From an uncultured Halobellus sp. (GTDB lineage Archaea > Halobacteriota > Halobacteria > Halobacteriales > Haloferacaceae), in assembly GCA_964504395.1 (NCBI GenBank), contig CAZDEJ010000001.1, positions 1-49,014 of the forward strand: a stretch of 49,014 nucleotides of DNA, written 5' to 3'. Shown here in pieces: positions 39,218-46,460 of the stretch. Made by a program: the position numbers and the translations under genes. The notes under the pieces are model-generated. The model did no database searches. It was not told the origin of the DNA and was given only the letters and a program-made list of their open reading frames with translations. How positions within the stretch are numbered: the stretch's first letter is position 1; each line of letters starts with the position of its first letter.

Positions 39218-39363
39218 ACGACCCCTCCGGCGTGCGCGTTCCGGGAGCGCCCGGCTTCGGTCCCGTGGAGCTGCGATCGTGGATCGCCCATTCGGTGCGG
39301 GGGCTCGGTCGCTCGACGTCCGACGCAAGGGTTCGGATGCGGCGGTGTCGGCGGCGAACCCAT
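39214..39363 (-). CDS. Possible 49-aa upstream ORF coupled to the APC permease
   Basis: ATG about 25 nt after a TTTTTCAC box; its TGA overlaps the permease ATG (ATGA). No recognisable family. Confidence 0.3.
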   Translation of the reverse strand: MGSPPTPPHPNPCVGRRATEPPHRMGDPRSQLHGTEAGRSRNAHAGGVV

Positions 39364-39436
39364 CCGTGTGTTTTGCGCTGGCGTTGTGAAAAACCCACCG
39401 TTGCGTCCGCCGTCGGCCGGTCGCTCCGGGGGCTGG

Positions 39437-39453
39437 TTCCCAGTGTGAGGGAA
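39437..39453. promoter_or_regulatory. TTCYCR-N5-YGRGAA upstream element
   Basis: TTCCC-AGTGTGA-GGGAA, 47 nt to ATG 39500. Confidence 0.65.
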
Positions 39454-39499
39454 CGCGCGGTGGGACTCAACACACCGCAGGCGGTATACGGGACCACGT

Positions 39500-39787
39500 A
39501 TGGGAACCGTCGAACGCACCCGCGGACCCATCGGGGTGGTCTCCCGACGGGCGGTGCTCGCCGTCGGAACCGGGGCTCTCGGCGGCGGCCTCGCGGGCCG
39601 TCTCCGGTCACCGTCGTCGGGCGGGCCACCGCACCGAACACACGAGATCGACGACGGGCCGGTGTCCGCCCCCGGACTCCGGGACGAACGGTCGACGGAG
39701 TGCGACGCCGCGGTGGTCGGAACCGGAACCGCGACCGACGGGCGGCACGGCGGGCGGGGACGGGCCGTCGCCCGCGACGACCAGTGA
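39500..39787 (+). pseudogene. Probable remnant of a Tat-exported lipoprotein gene
   Basis: SRRAVLAVGTGALGGGLAGR: twin-arginine signal with the lipobox LAGC reading LAGR (CGT); short unrecognisable tail; TGA overlaps the next ATG. Confidence 0.45.
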
Positions 39788-40704
39788 TGTTGCTCGAAGC
39801 GCTGCTGTTCGTAGGTGGGTTGGCGGCGCTCGTCGGCGGCGCCGACCGGGCGGTGACCGCCGCGGGCGATCTGGCGCTCTACTACGGCGTCTCCCCGTTC
39901 TTCATCGGCGTCACCCTGGTCTCGATCGGCACCTCGGTCCCCGAGATGGTCACGTCGGTCTACGCGGCCTACTACGGCGCCGGCGACCTGGTGGTGGGGA
40001 ACATCGTCGGCTCGGAGCTCGCCCAGATCACGCTCGCGATCGCCGTCGTCGCGTTCATCGCCCCGTTCGTCACCGCGCGGCGCGACGTCCTGGTCTACGG
40101 GAGCGCGATGATCCTCGCGATGATCATCATGCTGCTGACGCTCGACGACGGCGTCGTCGGTCGCTCGGAGGGGTTTCTGATGATGCTCGCGTACCTCCAG
40201 TTCGTCTACACGCTGTACACGAACAGGGGCGGCGAGGAGGTCGCCGCGGAGGTGATCGAGGAGCCCAGAACGCCGCGCGAGACGTACCCGTGGATCGTCG
40301 GCGGGTTGCTGTTGGTCGGCGCCGGCGGTCACGTGATGGTAACGAACGGGGTCGCCATCGCCCGTTTGGCGGGCGTCCCGGAGTTCCTCGTCGGCCTCCT
40401 GACCGGGTTGGGGACGACCCTCCCGGAGATCGCCGTCGCCGGCATCGCGGCCCACGAGGGGCGGGGCGGCATCTCCGTCGGCGCGATCCTCGGGAGCAAC
40501 ATCACCGACCCGGTGTTCTCCCTGGGGGTCGGCGCGCTCCTGTTCGACGTTACCGTCACGGATATCCAGTCGCTGCAACTCCCGTTGGCGTACATGCTCG
40601 TCGCCTCCGTGGTCGTGTTGGCGCTGTTCTACTGGCGGGAGGGGATCGACAGGAGGGCTGCGGTCGTGTGTCTACTGTTGTACGCGCCGACGTTCCTGGT
40701 CTGA
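39787..40704 (+). CDS. Sodium:calcium antiporter (CaCA/YrbG family)
   Basis: GTSVPE, GNIVGSE, GTTLPE and GSNITD motifs. Confidence 0.92.
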   Translation: MLLEALLFVGGLAALVGGADRAVTAAGDLALYYGVSPFFIGVTLVSIGTSVPEMVTSVYAAYYGAGDLVVGNIVGSELAQITLAIAVVAFIAPFVTARRDVLVYGSAMILAMIIMLLTLDDGVVGRSEGFLMMLAYLQFVYTLYTNRGGEEVAAEVIEEPRTPRETYPWIVGGLLLVGAGGHVMVTNGVAIARLAGVPEFLVGLLTGLGTTLPEIAVAGIAAHEGRGGISVGAILGSNITDPVFSLGVGALLFDVTVTDIQSLQLPLAYMLVASVVVLALFYWREGIDRRAAVVCLLLYAPTFLV

Positions 40705-40734
40705 GCCGGAGCGTCGCGCGCCGTTGCCGTCGGC

Positions 40735-42300
40735 TCACCCCAGCACGATCGGCCAGACGGACCCGACGAGCAGGGACGCCACGGCGACCGTCAGGCCGAT
40801 GACGACGGCGTCGAGCAGCGCGCCAGCGCGGAGCATGTGCTCGCGCCGGAGGTGTCCGGCGCCGAACACGATCGCGTTGGGCGGCGTCGCGACCGGGAGC
40901 GCGAACCCGTAGCTGGCGGCGACCGCGCCGGTCACCGCGAGCATCACCGACGCGACCTCGGGGGACGTGCCGAGCGTTGCCGCGTACGCCGGTCCCACGG
41001 TGACGAGCACCGGGGCGAGCAGCGCCGCCATCGCGGTGTTCGACGCCAGTTCGCCGACGACGACCGTCACCGCCACGACGACGAGGAGAACGACCACGGT
41101 CGGACTCCCGGCGAGGGACCCGAACGCGACCTCCGCGAGCCACCGCGTGGCGTTCGTGTCGGCCAGCGCGTTCGCGAGCGAGAGCCCACCGCCGAGGAGC
41201 AGGAGCGTGCCCCAGTCGACGTCGAGCAGGTCGTCCCAATCCGTCGCGCCGCTGACGACCAGGGCCGGCACGGCGAGCAGACCCACGAGGACGTAGAACA
41301 GGACCCCCTGATGGCCGACGGTCCCGAACGCGTTCGTCCCCGTGCCGCCGAACAGCGTGACGTGCCAGGCGCGCGGAAGCGGATCCGCGAACAGGAATCC
41401 GAGCCCGCCGAGGACCCACAGGCTCGCAGTCGCGCCGAAGACGACGACGGTCCGGCGGGCGGGTGCCGACAGCCGCCCCATCGAGCGCCGTTGGTGCCGG
41501 GCCCGCTCCCGAGCGCGGCTCACGTCGAACGGCTCGGGCGGGTAGGCGACGTACGTCAGAAGCGCCCACGCCACCGGGAGCGTGACGGTCACCATCGGCA
41601 GCCCGACAGCCAGCCACTCGACGAAGGTGATCTCGACGCCGACGAGATCGTCGAGTTGGCCGACGACGATCGCGTTCGGCGGCGTCCCCACCAGCGTCCC
41701 GACGCCGCCCAAGCTCGCCGCGTAGGCGACGCCGAGCAGCATCGCGATCTGGAGGTTCGAGCCCGCCGGCGCGTCCGCCGCCCGATCGGCGTCGAACTCC
41801 GCGATGTCCGTGACGGTGCCGACGATCCCGAGCACGATCGGAACCATCATGGCGACGGTGGCGGTGTTCGAGACGACCATCGAGAGAAGCGCGGTCGCCA
41901 CCATCACGCCGAGGACGAGTCCGCGCGGGGAGGTCCCGAACCTGACCAGAATGGCGAACGCGATGCGACGGTCGATGCCGTGCGTCTGCAGCGCCTCGGC
42001 GAGCATGAAGCCGGCCAGCAGGAGGAACACGACTGGGTCGGCGAAGCCGGCGACTGCATCCGCAAAGTCGGAGTAGACGCCGACGGTCGTCAGCACCACC
42101 GGGATCGACAGCGCGGTGAGGGAGAGCGGAACGGCTCCCGTCACCCAGAGGACCGCGGCGAACGACGTCGTTGCGACCGCGTACTGACCGGCGGTGGTGA
42201 GCGCGTCCGGCGTCGGAGCGACCGCGCCGGCGACTAGACAGACGCAAGCGACGCCGATGGCCAACGCTCGCCCGTGTGGGATCGGCGACAACGAAACCAC
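40735..42300 (-). CDS. SLC13/DASS family sodium-coupled anion symporter
   Basis: SNTAT, GTPPN, SNTA and PVATPPNAIV motifs. Confidence 0.92.
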   Translation of the reverse strand: MVSLSPIPHGRALAIGVACVCLVAGAVAPTPDALTTAGQYAVATTSFAAVLWVTGAVPLSLTALSIPVVLTTVGVYSDFADAVAGFADPVVFLLLAGFMLAEALQTHGIDRRIAFAILVRFGTSPRGLVLGVMVATALLSMVVSNTATVAMMVPIVLGIVGTVTDIAEFDADRAADAPAGSNLQIAMLLGVAYAASLGGVGTLVGTPPNAIVVGQLDDLVGVEITFVEWLAVGLPMVTVTLPVAWALLTYVAYPPEPFDVSRARERARHQRRSMGRLSAPARRTVVVFGATASLWVLGGLGFLFADPLPRAWHVTLFGGTGTNAFGTVGHQGVLFYVLVGLLAVPALVVSGATDWDDLLDVDWGTLLLLGGGLSLANALADTNATRWLAEVAFGSLAGSPTVVVLLVVVAVTVVVGELASNTAMAALLAPVLVTVGPAYAATLGTSPEVASVMLAVTGAVAASYGFALPVATPPNAIVFGAGHLRREHMLRAGALLDAVVIGLTVAVASLLVGSVWPIVLG

Positions 42301-42494
42301 CCGTCACCCGGTGGTCGCACGGGCCGGGTACGGACGCGTCCCGCCGTCACCACCGCGGCGGTGACGCGGGCGGACGGCGCCGACGAAGCGGGTTTCGGGT
42401 CGAGGGTCGATCACCCGCCGTCGGTGCCGGCGTCGAAAGCTCGACCGCGGTCCGGCCGGCGCCGCAGTGCGGGTTCGGGGTCGCACTCGCGGCC

Positions 42495-42917
42495 TCAGTA
42501 TTCGGGACGTTGTGCTCGGATCACAGACGCGAGCTGCTGGCTCTCGTCGGACAGGAGTTCTGTCAGGTCGTCGGCGGTGATGATCCCGACGAGTTCGTCG
42601 TTCTCGTCGCAGATCGGGAGGCGGCGCACGCCGTTCTCGCTCATCACCTCCGCGGCCTCGTAGAAGCCGGCGTCGGGGCCGACGGCACACAGGTCCGTCG
42701 ACATCACGTCACCGGCGGTCCGTTCGGTCGACTCCGATCCGTCGGCGAGCACGCGTGTCGCCAGGTCGCGGTCCGTGACGATCCCGGCTGGAGCCCGGTC
42801 GTCGGTGATGACCACGCTCCCGACGTGTTCGTCCCGCATCCGGCGGGCGAGTTCGGTAACCGGCGTCTCGGGCGGTGCGCTGACGACGTCCGCTCTGGCA
42901 AGGTTCTGTATCGGCAT
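42495..42917 (-). CDS. CBS-pair-only protein
   Basis: GIVTDRDL, VRRLPI and GIITADD motifs; GGAGG upstream. Confidence 0.93.
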   Translation of the reverse strand: MPIQNLARADVVSAPPETPVTELARRMRDEHVGSVVITDDRAPAGIVTDRDLATRVLADGSESTERTAGDVMSTDLCAVGPDAGFYEAAEVMSENGVRRLPICDENDELVGIITADDLTELLSDESQQLASVIRAQRPEY

Positions 42918-42972
42918 CTCTGCTCCCTCCGTGTGGGTGGTCGCCGGGCGACCACATATACCGGGCGGTCAC

Positions 42973-42989
42973 TTCCCACCGGCCTGGAA
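42973..42989. promoter_or_regulatory. TTCYCR-N5-YGRGAA upstream element
   Basis: TTCCC-ACCGGCC-TGGAA, 12 nt from the minus-strand TATATGT box of the CBS gene. Confidence 0.65.
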
Positions 42990-43183
42990 CGGCCCCGGGG
43001 GCTCGTGGCGTGGGCCGCCGGTGCAGGTCCCGCGGCGCGTGGCGCGGTCTTCGTCGGGAACACGAGCGCGAGAGACAGGTCGTGCACCGACCGCGCATCA
43101 CGTGTCGGCGAGCCACCGGGGGCCGGCGGGCTGGCGGTCGCGGTCGACCCGGCGACTCGGATCGACGGCCGAGTACGCCCGGG

Positions 43184-43375
43184 CTACTCGATGACGTCCT
43201 CGAAGCCCCGCGCCGTCGCCACCGTGTCGAGATACGTTGCGACGTCCGTCTCCGTTCCCCGTTCGTCACACCGAACGGCGACGTCGGTCCGTTGCCGCTC
43301 GGTGACCGTCGACCGGCCGGTGACGGCCTCGAACAGCGCCGCGAAGCGGTCGGCCCGGTCGTGGCGGTCCGTCAT
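43184..43375 (-). CDS. Small hypothetical protein
   Basis: MTDRHDRADRFAALFEAVTGRSTVTERQ...; ATGA overlap with the upstream wHTH stop. Confidence 0.6.
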   Translation of the reverse strand: MTDRHDRADRFAALFEAVTGRSTVTERQRTDVAVRCDERGTETDVATYLDTVATARGFEDVIE

Positions 43376-43797
43376 CGGACGTGGTCACCCACCACCGGGA
43401 CGGGTGGATCGATCCGCTCCCGGCTCCCCGTCCGTGACATGCGCAGCTCCGTGCCTCCGGGGGTGCCCAGCGAGACGACCACGTCGTCCACCGACCGGGT
43501 GTACTCGCTGGCGTGCTTGCCCGACTGGCGAACCCTCGTGTGTTCGTCGAGCAGGCCCGTGGCGGTGAGGAGATCGAGCTTTCGGTAGGTCGTCGACAGC
43601 GGCAGATCGCACGTCTCCGAGAGCTCGCTCGCGGTCAGCGCTTCCGCCCGCGTCGCCCCGAGGATGTTGCGACAGTCGGCGTCGGTGAGAGCATCCAGAA
43701 GGCGTTGCACGGCGCCTTCGGCGACGACGGTTCGTGTGCTGCTCGATGACTGTTCGGACGCGCGGGCCGTTCGCGGGGGGAGCAACAGCCGACTCAT
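43372..43797 (-). CDS. ArsR-type winged HTH transcription regulator
   Basis: LLDALTDADCRNIL...LTASELSETCDLPLSTTYRKLDLL...GKHASEY. Confidence 0.88.
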   Translation of the reverse strand: MSRLLLPPRTARASEQSSSSTRTVVAEGAVQRLLDALTDADCRNILGATRAEALTASELSETCDLPLSTTYRKLDLLTATGLLDEHTRVRQSGKHASEYTRSVDDVVVSLGTPGGTELRMSRTGSRERIDPPVPVVGDHVR

Positions 43798-43830
43798 GGT
43801 GTAACGTTATCAGCGACCGATAGGAAAGCG

Positions 43831-43850
43831 CTCCCACAGTATCGGGGGAG
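43831..43850. promoter_or_regulatory. Imperfect palindrome, candidate operator between the two regulators
   Basis: CTCCCAC-AGTATC-GGGGGAG, 34-53 nt upstream of the wHTH ATG. Confidence 0.4.
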
Positions 43851-43940
43851 TGTTATATGCTCGGTCCGAGCCCGCCGGCTGCCTGTCCAGGCCAGTCGTG
43901 GTGCGTTCCGTAGGGTCGACGCGGCGCGTGGTAGGGGTGC

Positions 43941-44576
43941 TCAAAGGAGGTCCTCCAGGAGTTTCGATTCCGCCGCCGCGAGGTGTTCTCTGAACGTCGA
44001 GGGACAGACGTCGAGTGCCGCCGCGATCGTCGTCGCGTTGTTTCGGCGCGGGCGGTCGAAGTATCCCATCTCGTATGCGGTCTGCAACACCTCGAGCTGA
44101 CGGGGAGTGAGTTTGCTCCGGTCCACCAACACCCCGTCGCGCGGGTGGTCCTCGGCCGGGGAGCCGACCAGCCGCGTGATCTCCATTCCGGGGAACCGGT
44201 CGCGGAGTTCGGCGACGACCGCTTGGAGCCGTTCGTAGTCGACCGCGTGGAACACCAGCGTCAACGTGCCGTGCCGGGCGGCGTAGCGCGCAACCGGATA
44301 GCCGAACCGACCGAGACACTCACACGGACACCCGACGCCGTCGTCGTGAGCGAGCCGGTATCGGGTCGTCGACCCGTGGGAGAACACCGGGGTGACGTCC
44401 GCCGCGGCGGTGCAGTCGGCGCTCGCCGAGAACTCGGTCACGCTCCCGGAACACCCCGACGGGCGGACGCTCGTCGAGACCGAGTCGACGGTCGAATCCG
44501 TGTCCGCCGAGAGGTCGGCGATCGGACAGACGCCGCGCGAGTCGAACCGGACGGTCGCTCGGATTCCGGACGGCAT
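43941..44576 (-). CDS. HTH-10 regulator with Cys-rich N-terminus (DmsR/NarO-like)
   Basis: GIRATV...CPIA...CPCECL...; C-terminal LTPRQLEVLQTAYEMGYFDRPR...STFREHLAAAESK. Confidence 0.88.
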   Translation of the reverse strand: MPSGIRATVRFDSRGVCPIADLSADTDSTVDSVSTSVRPSGCSGSVTEFSASADCTAAADVTPVFSHGSTTRYRLAHDDGVGCPCECLGRFGYPVARYAARHGTLTLVFHAVDYERLQAVVAELRDRFPGMEITRLVGSPAEDHPRDGVLVDRSKLTPRQLEVLQTAYEMGYFDRPRRNNATTIAAALDVCPSTFREHLAAAESKLLEDLL

Positions 44577-44753
44577 GGTTCGGTAGGCGGGCTTCGGTCC
44601 CTTCAGTATACGGGCGGCACTCGATGGAAGGACGATCCGAACCGCTCGGTAAGCCGTCGTTTATCGAGGCTGGGGCCAGCACGCGTTGCGCTCCCGATCG
44701 TCTGCGGATTGTTGCCGCGGGAGTCCACGCCGCCTCGGAAACGGTACCCCACC

Positions 44754-45305
44754 TCACGCGACGCCGCCCAGCAGGCTCCCGACGGCGTACGCGACGCCGG
44801 CAGCGACCATTCCGATCACGAACATCTCGATCCCGTTCAGATACCACCGTCGTCGCGTCACCAGGCTCCGGCTGGCTCCGACGGCGAAAAACGCCGCGCC
44901 GGTGAAGCCGACCGAGAGGGCGAACCCGGACTCAACCCCGAGCACGTAGGGGACGAGCGGCGCCCATCCGGCGACGACGAAGGCGAGAAACGTGACCACC
45001 GCCGTTCGTCCGGGGGATTTCCCCGGCGAAGGGTCGTCGGGGGGGCGTGGGTCGTCAGCCTGGATCGACGCTTGGTAGTCGAGCTCCGACCGGCGGCTGA
45101 CGTAGTTGCTCATCCCCATGGAGAACCCGTCGGCGAACAGGTTCGCTGCGCCCAACACCAACACGATCGAGGGGCTCAGCGCGGCCCCGGCGACACCCGA
45201 GACGACCGCGAACGTCGTCACGATCCCGTCGTTCGCGCCGTAGATCACTTCGGCGAGGTACCGACCTGAGGGTTCGACGTCGTCTCCGAGGAGTTGCTCC
45301 AACAT
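44754..45305 (-). CDS. VIT1/CCC1 family Fe/Mn transporter
   Basis: IYGANDGIVTTFAVVSG, ANLFADGFSMG and PLVPY motifs. Confidence 0.92.
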   Translation of the reverse strand: MLEQLLGDDVEPSGRYLAEVIYGANDGIVTTFAVVSGVAGAALSPSIVLVLGAANLFADGFSMGMSNYVSRRSELDYQASIQADDPRPPDDPSPGKSPGRTAVVTFLAFVVAGWAPLVPYVLGVESGFALSVGFTGAAFFAVGASRSLVTRRRWYLNGIEMFVIGMVAAGVAYAVGSLLGGVA

Positions 45306-45424
45306 CCGAACGTCCGTTCGTCCGCCGCCGACAAATAGTTTCGACGGTCGCGACCGTCCGGCGACTCGGTGCGGTCGACGCCGGCGGAGGGTTCGGCTTT
45401 CGGGGTGAGTCGCCGGCGTGGGAG

Positions 45425-45441
45425 TTCCCGCCCTGTGGGAA
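45425..45441. promoter_or_regulatory. TTCYCR-N5-YGRGAA upstream element
   Basis: TTCCC-GCCCTGT-GGGAA, 11 nt to ATTATG, 45 nt to ATG 45486. Confidence 0.7.
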
Positions 45442-45485
45442 TACCGAACGGGATTATGCCTGCTCACACGGTACAACCGGGCACG

Positions 45486-46304
45486 ATGTACGACGTACTC
45501 GTTCCGGTCGACGAAAGCGAGGAGCGTGCGTTCAACCAGGCGCGGTACGTGTCACGGCTGCCGAACGCCGCCGACGACGTCGAGGCGACGGTGCTCTACG
45601 TCGTTCCCCCGGACGCGCGGAGCGACGTCGAGGCGGTGGAGTTCGCCGACGTCGACGCTGCGGTCGGGGCGGCCAACCTGCTCGAAGGCGAGGGCGTCTC
45701 CGTGACGCGAACCGTGACCGGCGGCGCCATCTCGGATCGGATCGTGCGGTCGGCCGAGGAGTTCGACGCCGACGAGGTCGTCATGGGCGGGCGGAAGCGG
45801 TCGGGTGTCTCCCGGGTGCTGCTGGGGAGTACCGTCCAAGACGTGATGCTCTCGGCGGAGCGGCCGGTCACCATCACCGGCGAGACCAGCGTCACCGACG
45901 ACGGGACCTGGCGGGTGTTGGTTCCCGTCGACTCCGACGTGGAGCGCGCCCGTCACCAGGCGGCGTACGTGACGGGACTCCCCGACGCGGCTGCGGCGGT
46001 CGAGGCGACGGTGCTCACCGTGTTCCGCCACCAGGACTACAGGGGGGCGCCGCCGCACACCTTCGAGGAGATCGACGCGGCGGTCGAGGCGGCCGACGCC
46101 ATCGAGGGGGCGGGCGTGTCGGTCGACCGGGTCGCCATCGGAGGGGAAGTGGCCCGGAAGATACTCCGGGTCGCGGCGGACCGCGACGTCGACAGCGTCG
46201 CGATGGGCGGGCGCAAGCGGTCGGGGCTCCAGGAGGTACTGATGGGGAGCACGACACAGGACGTGATGCTCTCGGCGGAGCGGCCGGTCACCATCACCGG
46301 GTGA
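45486..46304 (+). CDS. Universal stress protein, two near-identical USP domains
   Basis: VLVPVD twice; MGGRKRSG...GST.QDVMLSAERPVTITG twice. Confidence 0.93.
   Translation: MYDVLVPVDESEERAFNQARYVSRLPNAADDVEATVLYVVPPDARSDVEAVEFADVDAAVGAANLLEGEGVSVTRTVTGGAISDRIVRSAEEFDADEVVMGGRKRSGVSRVLLGSTVQDVMLSAERPVTITGETSVTDDGTWRVLVPVDSDVERARHQAAYVTGLPDAAAAVEATVLTVFRHQDYRGAPPHTFEEIDAAVEAADAIEGAGVSVDRVAIGGEVARKILRVAADRDVDSVAMGGRKRSGLQEVLMGSTTQDVMLSAERPVTITG
45840..46300 (+). repeat. Exact 41-bp direct repeat within the USP gene, 420-bp period
   Basis: gacgtgatgctctcggcggagcggccggtcaccatcaccgg at 45840-45880 and 46260-46300. Confidence 0.9.
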
Positions 46305-46401
46305 CGAACGGGCGGGTGGGCCGTGACGAGCCGGGTCGTCCCGACGGGAGACGCGCGCCGGAACGGCGACCGGATCGCGTCTCGGGAGCCGGGACGACGG
46401 A

Positions 46402-46418
46402 TTCCCGGTGCGTAGGAA
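46402..46418. promoter_or_regulatory. TTCYCR-N5-YGRGAA upstream element
   Basis: TTCCC-GGTGCGT-AGGAA, 11 nt to AGCTATC, 43 nt to ATG 46461. Confidence 0.65.
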
Positions 46419-46460
46419 CTACCGGCGGGAGCTATCCCGGCGTGCTTTCGATCTTCACCC

